Below, piece after piece: positions 1 through 9,745 of a DNA stretch of 64,000 bases. A program made the position numbers and the translations under genes. Under the pieces are notes generated by a model. That model was not told the origin of the DNA. It made no database searches and saw nothing but the letters and a program-made list of their open reading frames with translations. Source of the DNA: a virus (taxonomy: Duplodnaviria; Heunggongvirae; Uroviricota; Caudoviricetes); the IMG/VR virus record IMGVR_UViG_3300010163_000008, positions 1-64,000 of that record. One strand, given 5' to 3'. The stretch's first letter is position 1; the number at the start of each line of letters is the position of its first letter.

Positions 1-7
1 TGACGTA

Positions 8-259
8 GTGGACAAGGATGTTAATATAGAGAATGAAGTTGTGAGTAATGATATTGTATGTCAAGTATACAAGTATATTGAAGATAACGTGAAGGATTGG
101 AAAAAGAGGGAAATTTGCAGGAGATATATAGATAGCATTGTTAATGGCGATAAGTGGAAGGGAGCAGAGGTGGCTAAGGACTTAGGGATAAGTAAGCAGT
201 GGGTAAGTGCGGTGGTAAATGGATTGATTGATGAATTAAAGGGTGTGATAAAATGCTAG
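8..259 (+). CDS. hypothetical early protein, C-terminal HTH-like segment; reading frame is open to window start so 5' end may be truncated
   Basis: ORF track; GTG start at 8 with open frame upstream; C-terminal KDLGISKQWVSAVVNGL resembles a helix-turn-helix. Confidence 0.3.
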   Translation: MDKDVNIENEVVSNDIVCQVYKYIEDNVKDWKKREICRRYIDSIVNGDKWKGAEVAKDLGISKQWVSAVVNGLIDELKGVIKC

Positions 260-654
260 GAGCAATGATAAAAGCGGTGATAAGCGGAGCTTACATAATA
301 GTAGGTGCTTACTTGATACGTTCTGTAAAGGAAGACCAGAATAGACCGGGAAAGTCTATTAATGACGTACAGCAGAATCACTGTGACGTATGTTCTGGAT
401 GGACATTGATAGCCATGGGCATTATGATGTTGACAGCGATATAAGGAGGACATATGATAGGAGATATGCAGAGAGAGCTTATGAAACGGCATATACAGTT
501 TGCCAAGGGCGATAATTATAAGTCTATGATACACCGTAGCCTGATTAATACTGAGAGAGATGAGATTAAGTATGATATGGTAGATGAGTACTATGATTGT
601 ACTAAGTCAACATCTACAGGTGAAAGATTGGGGTAAGTTTTTATCAAAAAGTAC

Positions 655-683
655 TTGACAAGGATGAGTTTCTGTGGTATAAT
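655..683 (+). promoter_or_regulatory. sigma-A/sigma-70 type promoter (TTGACA-17-TATAAT)
   Basis: ttgaca at 655-660, 17-nt spacer, tataat at 678-683, upstream of the 713 CDS. Confidence 0.6.
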
Positions 684-712
684 AGGTGTACAACAACAAA
701 GGAGATTGACAA

Positions 713-1126
713 ATGATATCTAAGAAAGATATGAAGATGTTGGAGCACGCTAAGGATATTGCAGAGTTGTCTGATTATCCTACATATCACGTTGGTTGCG
801 TTATAGCGTTAAAGAATAAGATACTTAATGCTTCATTTAACACAACCAAAACTCATCCTTTACAAAAGATATATAATATTGAAAGGTTTCAATCAGATAC
901 AACACCACATAGTCTACACGCAGAGATTCATGCCTTAGCTCCGCTGATAGGTGCGGACATTGATTGGAAGAATGTTACTGTATACGTAGCAAGGAAACGA
1001 AAGTGTGATGGTAAAAATGGGCTGGCAATGCCTTGTAAAAGCTGTATGAAAGCTATTAAAGATATAGGCATAAAAAACATAGTATACACTACTGATTTTG
1101 GTGTAGCTCATGAAGTGATTAGTTAA
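713..1126 (+). CDS. cytidine/dCMP deaminase family zinc-dependent deaminase
   Basis: HAEIHAL ... PCKSCMKAI zinc-binding signature (H-A-E and PCxxC) typical of CMP/dCMP deaminases; size 137 aa. Confidence 0.6.
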   Translation: MISKKDMKMLEHAKDIAELSDYPTYHVGCVIALKNKILNASFNTTKTHPLQKIYNIERFQSDTTPHSLHAEIHALAPLIGADIDWKNVTVYVARKRKCDGKNGLAMPCKSCMKAIKDIGIKNIVYTTDFGVAHEVIS

Positions 1127-1256
1127 TCTACATATATAAGGAGATATGATATGTTTCATAAGTTTGTGATGAATACAATATATATAGTATTTGTGTTAGT
1201 AATCTGCTACTTAACCTTTTATGGTTTACCCGTTTGATTGAAAGGGGAGTAACATA

Positions 1257-1562
1257 ATGGACATAAGGGTAGAGTTATCTGTAGTATTGGAGGACATTAA
1301 GTGTAGAGATTTAGTAAGTATCAATGATGAGGTACATAACATTCTTGATGATACTTGTAGCATAAGTCATGTATCGCTAGAAGAATTTACAGTTAAATCC
1401 AATGATAAAGGGACGGAGTGTGTATTCGTTTTTATAATGAGCAGTAGCGAAGCTGAATGCTTGGCAGATAATGCAGTATCAGATTTACTATGTCGTTTTA
1501 TAGATGATATGTGTAATGTTCATAACTTAAAACCAGTACAGTTTGAATGGCGCAGAGTCTAA
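1257..1562 (+). CDS. hypothetical protein
   Basis: ORF with RBS-like ggggag upstream. Confidence 0.3.
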   Translation: MDIRVELSVVLEDIKCRDLVSINDEVHNILDDTCSISHVSLEEFTVKSNDKGTECVFVFIMSSSEAECLADNAVSDLLCRFIDDMCNVHNLKPVQFEWRRV

Positions 1563-1588
1563 AGTAATTACAACAAGGAGGACATTCA

Positions 1589-2956
1589 ATGTTTGAGCGG
1601 GAAAGAAATATATTAAAAAGTGCATTGGGTGCGAGATATGAAATCTTAAAACAATACGATATTATAATAGCTGGTGGTGCTATTACTTCTGTATTCACTA
1701 ACAGACCCATTAATGACTTTGATATGTACTTTAGGGATGCAGAGACTGTGAAACGATTTTATATTACTGAGGTTATCAATTGTCACAACTTTGTCCCACA
1801 ATATCTTACTCATAGAGCTGTGACAATGATGTCACCTAATGCAGATGGTGTGTATCAAATGGTGTGTTGTGGGTTGTATGAAACGCCAGAAGATGCATTT
1901 AAGAATTTTGATTTTACGCTTAATATGGGTGCGTATGATTTCAAGACTGAGGAATTTGTTTTGCATCCTGAGTTCTTGTTGCATAACGCGCAGCGTATGA
2001 TAAGTATAAACAAAGATACAAAATATCCGATAGCTTCCTTGGTACGTGTACATAAATACTTAGCGCGTGGCTATCAAATGATACCTACTGAATGGTTCAA
2101 GATGGCAATTATGTTACATCAGTATAACATAGATTCTTGGGATATGTTTGAGGATGGTCTTTCGGGGCTGTATGGTGAAGAAGTTCATATTGCCAATCAA
2201 GATGATAATACTCCATTCAGTTGGGAAGAGGCTATGAAACGTATATGTAAATTACAAGAAACAGAGTTGCCAAACAATAGAGTAAATTCTGCTGATTTTG
2301 TGGGAGCATCTTGTTATGAGCAATTGAGGATGATAATGTCCAACTTTGATTATCAAGTCAACTGCATTAGGTTAGCTAGTAGCCGTAATATGCATTTTGC
2401 GCTAAATAGGTATGATATTCTACAAGATGAAGATGGGAGAATCTTCTTACAAGATATTAATGGTAATTATGATGGATTAAATATCACAGACGCGCCAGAA
2501 GAAACATACCCTATTCATGTTTTCAAGGTGGTACGTAAAACTGAACGTGGAGAATATGTTAGCCTTCCCCATGGTAGCATTAGGTTTACACCCGGAGAAA
2601 TACTCAATACTGAAAGGTATAGTGATTATTTAGCGGTATTTGATGTATGTAACTTGAATACGGGGGCTGTTTCAGAAACAGGTAGGTCAAGAAATGTTAT
2701 CCTGCATATGTTAATAAATTCACCAGATTGGTTTGCATATCAGCGGTCTAGTAGACCACCTGCTATATTAATAAAGAAAGCGCTAATCGTAGGTGAGATA
2801 TCCTTGAATGAGTTTAGGGTGATATTTAAACATGAAGCCCTAGACGAATCAGAATCAGAAGAGAATGATAATTTTGATTTAATATTAAATACTCCATTGA
2901 CTGTTCATCACACAACACACTTTACACCAGAAAATTTAACGGCGTGGGAGGCTTGA
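1589..2956 (+). CDS. hypothetical protein, possible pol-beta-type nucleotidyltransferase fold at N-terminus
   Basis: IIAGGAITSVFTNRPINDFDMYF fits the G[GS]-x(9-14)-Dh[DE]h minimal NTase motif; rest unrecognised. Confidence 0.3.
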   Translation: MFERERNILKSALGARYEILKQYDIIIAGGAITSVFTNRPINDFDMYFRDAETVKRFYITEVINCHNFVPQYLTHRAVTMMSPNADGVYQMVCCGLYETPEDAFKNFDFTLNMGAYDFKTEEFVLHPEFLLHNAQRMISINKDTKYPIASLVRVHKYLARGYQMIPTEWFKMAIMLHQYNIDSWDMFEDGLSGLYGEEVHIANQDDNTPFSWEEAMKRICKLQETELPNNRVNSADFVGASCYEQLRMIMSNFDYQVNCIRLASSRNMHFALNRYDILQDEDGRIFLQDINGNYDGLNITDAPEETYPIHVFKVVRKTERGEYVSLPHGSIRFTPGEILNTERYSDYLAVFDVCNLNTGAVSETGRSRNVILHMLINSPDWFAYQRSSRPPAILIKKALIVGEISLNEFRVIFKHEALDESESEENDNFDLILNTPLTVHHTTHFTPENLTAWEA

Positions 2957-2957
2957 A

Positions 2958-3257
2958 ATGGTAATAACAGAATGCCCGGTTTGTGGCGGTGAAATGTATA
3001 AATTGAAAAGAGGCGGTCATGATTACTTTATTTGTTGCAGACCATCATGTACTTGTACGTATGACGAAATAGGAGGATATTATATTCCTTCTACTGCCTT
3101 ACCCAATGTTAGTCAGCTTTTGAGCATTGACTTTATTAATAGTAATCTCCATGCTGACTTTCGTCCGCTGACAGCTTTGGAAGCGTACAAGATTATTGAA
3201 GAATGTGGAGACATAGCAAGCGAAATCTACAATGCAGAAGACAACGTGCCGTTTTAA
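2958..3257 (+). CDS. hypothetical zinc-ribbon protein
   Basis: CPVCGG ... CCRPSCTC cysteine pairs. Confidence 0.3.
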   Translation: MVITECPVCGGEMYKLKRGGHDYFICCRPSCTCTYDEIGGYYIPSTALPNVSQLLSIDFINSNLHADFRPLTALEAYKIIEECGDIASEIYNAEDNVPF

Positions 3258-3275
3258 CAGAAAGGAGAAATTAAT

Positions 3276-3695
3276 ATGATAGCCATATATACTTCTTACT
3301 TTGGGAATATGAAAAAATTACCGCCTGACGAAATAATACCAGTGTCTATTGCTGGTAAGTCTCCCGACTGGTTTACTGGTTATAAGTATAAACCCTTAGT
3401 TTCACAATACGATTGGTGGAGTCAGTGGAAGAATCATCCCGATAGGGATGGAGTGGAGGGTAGGCAGTTCTATATAGAATCTTATTATAACAATGTACTT
3501 ACAAAGCTTGACCCATTTAAAGTTTATTTTGATTTGATAGATATTTCAAGGCAAGATTTTGATGGAGGATATAAGGATATTGCTCTTGTATGTTATGAAA
3601 AACCGGAACAATTTTGTCATAGGCATATCGTAGGGCGCTGGTTATATCACTACTTAGGGGACTACTTCTTAGGAGAGTGGGGGACTAAAGATTGA
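3276..3695 (+). CDS. hypothetical protein
   Basis: ORF with aggaga RBS. Confidence 0.3.
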   Translation: MIAIYTSYFGNMKKLPPDEIIPVSIAGKSPDWFTGYKYKPLVSQYDWWSQWKNHPDRDGVEGRQFYIESYYNNVLTKLDPFKVYFDLIDISRQDFDGGYKDIALVCYEKPEQFCHRHIVGRWLYHYLGDYFLGEWGTKD

Positions 3696-4006
3696 CTATA
3701 AGGTATAATGTAATGATTTGCCCATTCAAATTGTGGGGACGTACTATACAGAATCCCTTAACCATTATACGTGAACGTATGTTTGAAGGTGTATCAATCA
3801 CACACTATAGCAGTACTATAGGTCATGTCATAGGTAATAGTGTTAGAGTAGGTTCAGACGGATTTTATGCAGACATAGGTATAGTGAATTATTATGGAAA
3901 TACAAAATTTGAATTTAAGGATATAAATTGGAATGGTTTTACGTGCAACGAAAATAAATTGGTGATAGAATCTATATTGCGGATAATAATGAGGGAAAGG
4001 ACATAG
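3692..4006 (+). CDS. hypothetical protein
   Basis: ORF overlapping previous stop by 4 nt. Confidence 0.25.
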   Translation: MTIRYNVMICPFKLWGRTIQNPLTIIRERMFEGVSITHYSSTIGHVIGNSVRVGSDGFYADIGIVNYYGNTKFEFKDINWNGFTCNENKLVIESILRIIMRERT

Positions 4007-4184
4007 TAGGAGGTATATATGGCTTGTTTGAATGTGGTAGACCACTGAGAGAAAATAAGTGACTGTCAACAATTTTATATGACATAATAATAACGACTGT
4101 TGTACAAAATGGAAACCAGTCGTTATTATTATTTAAATGCGTTTGGCATATAAATCCTTAACGAAACTTTTTGTAAAAATTCAC

Positions 4185-4213
4185 TTGACGAAATGAAAAA
4201 ATGTGCGTATAAT
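4185..4213 (+). promoter_or_regulatory. sigma-A type promoter (TTGACG-17-TATAAT)
   Basis: ttgacg 4185-4190, 17-nt spacer, tataat 4208-4213; precedes the nrdH-nrdD block. Confidence 0.55.
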
Positions 4214-4257
4214 ATAGGTAGAAGGAAAAATAATTTTAAACACAAAAATATAAAGGA

Positions 4258-4482
4258 GTGCGATTAAAATTGTATAGGATTATTGGTTCTAAAGGTTGTA
4301 CTCGTTGTGAAATGATAAAAAACCTTTTTGATTCTAAAGGTATTAAATATCAGTACGACCTAATTAATGAAACGCCTGATAGGGATATAATCTTACAGCT
4401 AGCAAGTGCGCATAAGATTACTAGCTATCCTATCGTACTAGATGAAAGTAATTCTATAGTAACTGATTTCAGCAAAATCTAA
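4258..4482 (+). CDS. nrdH: NrdH-like glutaredoxin/thioredoxin-fold redoxin
   Basis: CTRC (CxxC) active site near N-terminus, small size, immediately upstream of ribonucleotide reductase gene. Confidence 0.6.
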   Translation: MRLKLYRIIGSKGCTRCEMIKNLFDSKGIKYQYDLINETPDRDIILQLASAHKITSYPIVLDESNSIVTDFSKI

Positions 4483-4498
4483 CAGGAGTTGATAGCAT

Positions 4499-7399
4499 AT
4501 GCCTTATTTTAAAACTTCATATGAACAAGAGTTTGATGACCTATATATGTACCTTAAATCTAAATATCCTAAAGAAGTATGGAATCAAGAGGGCATTGGG
4601 GAACAAACTGATTTAGGTAAGTTCAGTAAAAAATTTTTTGAAACAGAAATTACAACTACCGCTGACGTGTCTGTAGACGCTAATAGTAATGTGGATGATA
4701 TGACGGTAGTAGCTTATGAGAATGAGCTTGCAAAACCTTCCACACGTCTTAATTCTCTTTATCTACTATGGAAATATGCTCGTAAGTTATATGATACTAA
4801 AGTAGCAAATGATATTGTAGAACGTGAGCTTGCGGGTGATTATTACATCAATGATATGTCAAATGTACAAAAACCTTACTCCTATGATGGAGATACACTG
4901 ATTTGTGTTAAGTGTGAAGGTAAAATTCAGTACATGACAATGAGAGAACTATTTGAAAAATATCAAAGTAGAGTAATAAAGTTAGAGGATAGAGAACAAA
5001 TTAATCTACGAGACGTAGAAATATCAGTAATGGATTCTGGTAAGTTTGTTAGTCTATTGTACTCTATACGCCATAAGACAAATAAGTATATGGTTTGTAT
5101 AGAAACAGGAGATGGACGTTTTTTGTATGTCACCTCTGACCATCCTGTAATTCTTGCAGATGGCACTGAGGTTGAAGCTAGACATATTAAAGTTGGCGAT
5201 ACATTAGCTACAGGGTATACAGGATTCGAGTTTGATACTAAATCTGTAGATAAGGTGATTTACTCATTAATCAATGCTTGTAGTACAGGCGCAGATACAG
5301 AAGCGCTTTGTAGTTTACTTGTTCCAATCTACGACAAGCTTCTTAAGGCTGTAACTACAGTAGTTGGTGAAGGTGAAGAAGAAGTTGTACTAGACCTTGA
5401 TGTTGCATCATATAAGTTTGCACAACAGATTTGTGAGGCATTTAATATATGTGGGGTAAGTTGCGGTATTTATGTAAATAATGCAGGTGACGGATATAAT
5501 GTAAAAGCTACATTTAATACCCCTGTTGATAATAAAGTTAAAGCTATAAACACTCGTGTTTGTACAGATGAGTTTGTATATGATATTACAACATCTACAG
5601 GAACGTTTTATAGCAATGGTTTGAAATGCCATAACTGTTATAACTTTAGTACATATGATGTAATGACCAAAGGACTTCCTTTTGTTAATAAGATTGCTTC
5701 ACGTCCACCTAAACATCTATCTTCATTCTGTGGGCAAATGGTTCACTTTACAAGCTATGCAAGCAATCAGGTTATGGGTGCTGTAGGGCTTGCAGATTTG
5801 CTAATAGTAATGAGCTATTATGTAAAGAAAGAACTTGATACGTTACCTACTAATCCTGATTATGTATGGACATTCGTTAAGCAAGAGTTGCAGAATCTTA
5901 TCTACTCAATGAATCAGCCGTTTAGGGGTGGTCTACAGAGTGGTTTCTATAACGTGAGTGTGTATGATAGTTACTTCCTTGACACACTAATTCCTGATTA
6001 TATCTTTCCTGATGGAACTACACCAGATAAGGCATTGGTACAGAAGATACAAGATATTTTCCTCGACCTTATGAATGAGACGATGAGGATATCGCCAATT
6101 ACATTCCCTGTAACAACTGCTAACTTCTGTATTGATGAAGATAATAATATACTTGATAAAGACTTCCTTGAGTATATTGCAAAGAAGAATCAGGAATGGT
6201 GCTTCATAAACATCTACGCAGGAAATACAGCAACACTAAGCTCATGCTGCTTTGAAGGCAGTCAGCCTGCTATCATTCGTGTTAATGGTACAGTACATTA
6301 TATGCCTCTCAAAGAAATATTTGATATGGTAGACGATAGTGATATGGAAACACTATACGATGGTAGATGGGTTAAAGCACGTCATACACAAGCGTCTACA
6401 AAAAGTAATCTGTATAAGATTACATTAGTGAATGGTAAAACAATGACTGTAACAAAAGACCACCTTCACCCAACAATAAATGGTGTTTTGCCTTCTTCTG
6501 AATTAACTACAGATGATTATATTGAGGTAAATACTAAATCAGTTGAGGGGACACAAAGCAATGGCGTTAAATTGGATTATGAGTCGGGTTATAATCTCGC
6601 AACTTGTGTAGCAAAGAATTTGAACTATTGCTTGATGGATAAATATACTGTGAAGGATAGTAATGGGCAGCGTTGTTTTGCTCCTTCTTGTCTCAATGAA
6701 AGCATTATTTTTAGAAGCGCTATTGTAGATGTTATTAATCAGTCTGGTAATGATAAACGTAAATATGTTCGTACATATTCTAAACAATATGTAGAATCTA
6801 TTGAGATGTTACTTACTTCACTAGGTAGAATATCCTTTATTGAAAAAGATGGTGAAGAGTATGTCATAACATGGGACAAGACTGATTATGACGGTGAGAT
6901 TCGCAAGTGCGACAACAAAACCTATATTAAAATCCAGTCTATAGAGCAAGTAGAGAACAACGAAAAAATGTTTGTGTATTGCTTTGAGATGGACGATAAA
7001 GATAAACCATACTTTGTATTGCCCAACGGTATTGTGACGCACAATTGCCGTCTACGTTCAAATAAAGACAACATGTACCTTGGTTATTCAAATAGCTTTG
7101 GTTCTGGTGGCACACAGATTGGTAGTTTTGGCGTAGTTACTGTAAATCTTCCTCGTATAGCTATTAAGGCTAAAGGCAACTATGACAAGTTTATGGAGCT
7201 ACTTGATGATACTGTAGAACTTGCTATTAAGATTAACCACGTAAAACGCTATATACTTAAGAAACGAATTGATTGCGGAGCATTACCACTGTATACACAT
7301 GGTTTTATGAATCTACAAAAACAATACGCAACGGTGAACCGTATCACTCGCCGTCATATTACTTTACCATCTCGTCAATGGGGTCACAAGTGTGGCTAA
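4499..7399 (+). CDS. nrdD: anaerobic (class III) ribonucleoside-triphosphate reductase NrdD, exon 1, containing two in-frame inteins; true 5' exon probably ends near 7391
   Basis: Flanking sequence continues as NrdD in the ORF at 8014-8490 (glycyl radical RVVGF and CPVCG zinc ribbon). Two Hint-domain insertions each show block B TxxH (SDHPV, KDHLH) and a terminal HN followed by Cys (CHN|C, THN|CRLRS). Confidence 0.75.
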   Translation: MPYFKTSYEQEFDDLYMYLKSKYPKEVWNQEGIGEQTDLGKFSKKFFETEITTTADVSVDANSNVDDMTVVAYENELAKPSTRLNSLYLLWKYARKLYDTKVANDIVERELAGDYYINDMSNVQKPYSYDGDTLICVKCEGKIQYMTMRELFEKYQSRVIKLEDREQINLRDVEISVMDSGKFVSLLYSIRHKTNKYMVCIETGDGRFLYVTSDHPVILADGTEVEARHIKVGDTLATGYTGFEFDTKSVDKVIYSLINACSTGADTEALCSLLVPIYDKLLKAVTTVVGEGEEEVVLDLDVASYKFAQQICEAFNICGVSCGIYVNNAGDGYNVKATFNTPVDNKVKAINTRVCTDEFVYDITTSTGTFYSNGLKCHNCYNFSTYDVMTKGLPFVNKIASRPPKHLSSFCGQMVHFTSYASNQVMGAVGLADLLIVMSYYVKKELDTLPTNPDYVWTFVKQELQNLIYSMNQPFRGGLQSGFYNVSVYDSYFLDTLIPDYIFPDGTTPDKALVQKIQDIFLDLMNETMRISPITFPVTTANFCIDEDNNILDKDFLEYIAKKNQEWCFINIYAGNTATLSSCCFEGSQPAIIRVNGTVHYMPLKEIFDMVDDSDMETLYDGRWVKARHTQASTKSNLYKITLVNGKTMTVTKDHLHPTINGVLPSSELTTDDYIEVNTKSVEGTQSNGVKLDYESGYNLATCVAKNLNYCLMDKYTVKDSNGQRCFAPSCLNESIIFRSAIVDVINQSGNDKRKYVRTYSKQYVESIEMLLTSLGRISFIEKDGEEYVITWDKTDYDGEIRKCDNKTYIKIQSIEQVENNEKMFVYCFEMDDKDKPYFVLPNGIVTHNCRLRSNKDNMYLGYSNSFGSGGTQIGSFGVVTVNLPRIAIKAKGNYDKFMELLDDTVELAIKINHVKRYILKKRIDCGALPLYTHGFMNLQKQYATVNRITRRHITLPSRQWGHKCG
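4880..5635 (+). mobile_element. intein 1 in NrdD (approx; N-terminal boundary at SYDGDTLI or CVKCEG)
   Basis: block A-like S/C-x-x-x-D-T-L-I, block B VTSDHPV, C-terminal FYSNGLKCHN then +1 Cys; about 245 aa with a central ~130 aa insert. Confidence 0.55.
6248..7045 (+). mobile_element. intein 2 in NrdD (approx)
   Basis: begins at the second Cys of TATLSSCC, block B VTKDHLHPT, ends IVTHN followed by CRLRS extein; about 266 aa with a central insert that may be a degenerate homing endonuclease. Confidence 0.55.
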
Positions 7400-8013
7400 C
7401 GGGGAAGGCTAAGTTATCTAAATAATATGCTAATCCCGTGGGAAGGGGTCTAATAAGGCTCAACCTGTATCGACTAGTTACGTTGAGTAACGTAGGGCTA
7501 TTATTGACACATAGCTCGAAAAGGTAATAGTATCATTAAAGATGATATTAAGAGATAGTCAGTACCATGAGAAATCATAGGTTTCCCTTACAACATAGGG
7601 GTGTTAACGGTATCAAAGAATGTATTGACTTCATGGGAATGTCAATACTCAATAAGGACGGGCAGGACTTCTGTAAGAAGGTTTTACAGGCAATTAATAA
7701 AAATAACGACAAAGCGGATGCCAAATATAAGTACGCACACAACCTAGAGCAAACGCCTAGACAGTTGGGCAATAGTGACATAAACCTATAAATCACTATT
7801 CAAAATCCCTTTTAATTGACTTGGAGTGCCAGAGATGGCTAACAGGGCGCAAGTTTAAATACAGCGTGAACGACTAAATAAAGGGACTTCATTAGGTAAA
7901 TAATATGAAGGTGCGATAGTCTGACCTCGTGATATAATCTAAAAATGAAACACGAGAGGGAATGTCGAAGAACTTCCCCGCCAATATAATATGTTGGTCA
8001 TATAAGTAACAGA
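7392..8013 (+). ncRNA. group I self-splicing intron interrupting nrdD (boundaries approximate: 5' splice after U7391; 3' end at G7996 or G8014)
   Basis: NrdD coding sequence resumes in frame at about 8000; in-frame TAA right after exon 1 (7397-7399); group I core-like elements gaacgactaaa (about 7876) and gatagtctgacc (about 7916) resembling the conserved R/S (P7) sequences; T4 nrdD is known to carry a group I intron. Confidence 0.55.
7567..7791 (+). CDS. small ORF inside the nrdD intron (74 aa), no recognisable homing-endonuclease motif
   Basis: ORF track only. Confidence 0.15.
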   Translation: MRNHRFPLQHRGVNGIKECIDFMGMSILNKDGQDFCKKVLQAINKNNDKADAKYKYAHNLEQTPRQLGNSDINL

Positions 8014-8490
8014 GTGAGCGAAAACAGTGCGATTAAACTTGCAACTAAAGATAAGTTGCTTAAATATCAGGACACTTATGAACTATATTCAAATCAATTC
8101 ATACCACTTATTACAGAAGCAGACCTATTAGACCGTCTACGTCTACAAGGAATGTTTGATTCTGAGTTTAGTGGTGGTAGTATTCTACACTGCAACGTAG
8201 ATTCACCTGTAGAAGATTATCACGATATCATGAGAATGATTGAGTGTGCAGTTAAGATGGGTGTTGTGTATCACGCGATTAACTATAATCTACAAAAGTG
8301 TGAAGATGGTCATATGAGTGTAGGTAGGCATGAGGTATGTCCTGTATGCGGTAAGCCAATCACTGATAACTATATCAGGGTTGTGGGCTTTATCGTGAAT
8401 GTGAAGAACTTTCACAAGGTACGTAGGGACGTAGATTATGCTAACAGACAGTTCTATGAAGGTTCTGACGTAGGTAAACTTAAACAGTAA
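8014..8490 (+). CDS. nrdD: NrdD exon 2: C-terminal glycyl-radical domain and zinc ribbon
   Basis: HEVCPVCG zinc ribbon and IRVVGFIVN glycyl radical motif (RVxGY/F); frame is open from 7990 so exon may start at 7997. Confidence 0.75.
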   Translation: MSENSAIKLATKDKLLKYQDTYELYSNQFIPLITEADLLDRLRLQGMFDSEFSGGSILHCNVDSPVEDYHDIMRMIECAVKMGVVYHAINYNLQKCEDGHMSVGRHEVCPVCGKPITDNYIRVVGFIVNVKNFHKVRRDVDYANRQFYEGSDVGKLKQ

Positions 8491-8550
8491 TATGAATTAG
8501 GGGTTGGCGCAAGTCAGCCCCTACATATACTTATAACGGAGGTAATTAAA

Positions 8551-8898
8551 ATGGCAATTAGAATTAATACTACTGAGATTTTAGCTAATCTTTTAGGTAG
8601 TGATAATATGTTTCCCGGTGCTCGTATTTCAGACCATATATTAAAGAAATTTGAATATAACCTTGATTTCTTAATTCCCGGTCATATCTATTATGAAGAT
8701 GACGACAAAGAGAGGGAAAAAGCAGTCAATAAGTTCGATTTCTGTTGTAGATGGATAGATTGTGATGGCGAAAAGGTAATACAGGTTACGACTACTGATA
8801 GCAAACCAAACCGCAACTATTACAATGACAGGTTGGCAAAATTTGTAGGGGAGATACTTCCTAAATTTGCTGATGATTTCATAGAAAAATATCTGTAA
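8551..8898 (+). CDS. hypothetical protein
   Basis: ORF with ggaggt RBS. Confidence 0.3.
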   Translation: MAIRINTTEILANLLGSDNMFPGARISDHILKKFEYNLDFLIPGHIYYEDDDKEREKAVNKFDFCCRWIDCDGEKVIQVTTTDSKPNRNYYNDRLAKFVGEILPKFADDFIEKYL

Positions 8899-8916
8899 AA
8901 ACTTTTCCAAAACCCC

Positions 8917-8958
8917 TTGACAAACTTGCCTGATTGTGGTATAATGATATCACAATCA
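8917..8958 (+). promoter_or_regulatory. sigma-A type promoter with 28-bp imperfect palindrome (putative operator) spanning the -10
   Basis: ttgaca 8917-8922, 17 nt, tataat 8940-8945; tgattgtggtataatgatatcacaatca (8931-8958) has tgattgtg/cacaatca inverted arms. Confidence 0.55.
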
Positions 8959-8974
8959 GAAAGGAGGTAGTACA

Positions 8975-9745
8975 ATGTCACGATATAAGATTGGAGCAAC
9001 AGATGGAGGGGACGCAGGACTTGATTTATCTTGGGTTTATAGGCTGAATGATGTAGATGGAGCAGTCGTTATTACTAAAAATATTACTCCATTATTTCAA
9101 GAAGCAGTCTTAGCAAATAAAGATAAGCTCATTGTTCATGCAACAATAACAGGTTTTGGTGGAACAAAGATAGAACCTAACGTACCCAAGGTGGATGATA
9201 ATTTTGATGCTCTTGCTACATTAATCAGCAATGGGTTTCCACAAGCTAAAATAACTATCCGTATCGACCCTATTATACCAACACCAAAAGGAATACAAAG
9301 AGCGTTCAGCATATTTAAAAAAGGCATTGACAATGGGTTCTCAAGGTTTAGAGTAAGTATTATTGATATGTACCCACACGTTAGAGAGCGTTTTAAAGCC
9401 GCAGGCTTACCGTTACCGTATGGCGATGAGGGATTTTCTCCAAGCACAGAACAAATTAAGGCTGTAGATGATATGTTAACGGCTGTACTTACATACTGTA
9501 AAACAAAAAGTAATACGCCTAGAATTGAGTGTTGTGCCGAGCCAAAGTTAAAAAATGCGATTCAGTGTGGATGTATCGGTGGATTTGATTTAATGCTTTT
9601 AGGGCTTAATCCGTATGAGAGTAACGATGTTGGGTATCAGCGTAAACATTGTATGTGTTATTCTGGTAAGACAGAGTTGTTAAAATCTAAAATTCCATGT
9701 TCTCATGGTTGTATATATTGCTTTTGGAAAGGAGTAACAAAATGA
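8975..9745 (+). CDS. hypothetical protein with C-terminal cysteine cluster (CMCYSG ... CSHGCIYC)
   Basis: ORF; Cys-rich C-terminus suggests metal or Fe-S binding. Confidence 0.3.
   Translation: MSRYKIGATDGGDAGLDLSWVYRLNDVDGAVVITKNITPLFQEAVLANKDKLIVHATITGFGGTKIEPNVPKVDDNFDALATLISNGFPQAKITIRIDPIIPTPKGIQRAFSIFKKGIDNGFSRFRVSIIDMYPHVRERFKAAGLPLPYGDEGFSPSTEQIKAVDDMLTAVLTYCKTKSNTPRIECCAEPKLKNAIQCGCIGGFDLMLLGLNPYESNDVGYQRKHCMCYSGKTELLKSKIPCSHGCIYCFWKGVTK

Noticed and set aside
7567-7791. Intron-encoded homing endonuclease in the nrdD intron
   Set aside because: The 74-aa ORF has no recognisable GIY-YIG, HNH, LAGLIDADG or His-Cys box motif. It may be a remnant or not a gene.
8491-8530. Hairpin ggggttggcgcaagtcagcccc after nrdD exon 2 as a terminator
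   Set aside because: The stem is imperfect and no T-run follows. It is possibly just an RNA stability element.
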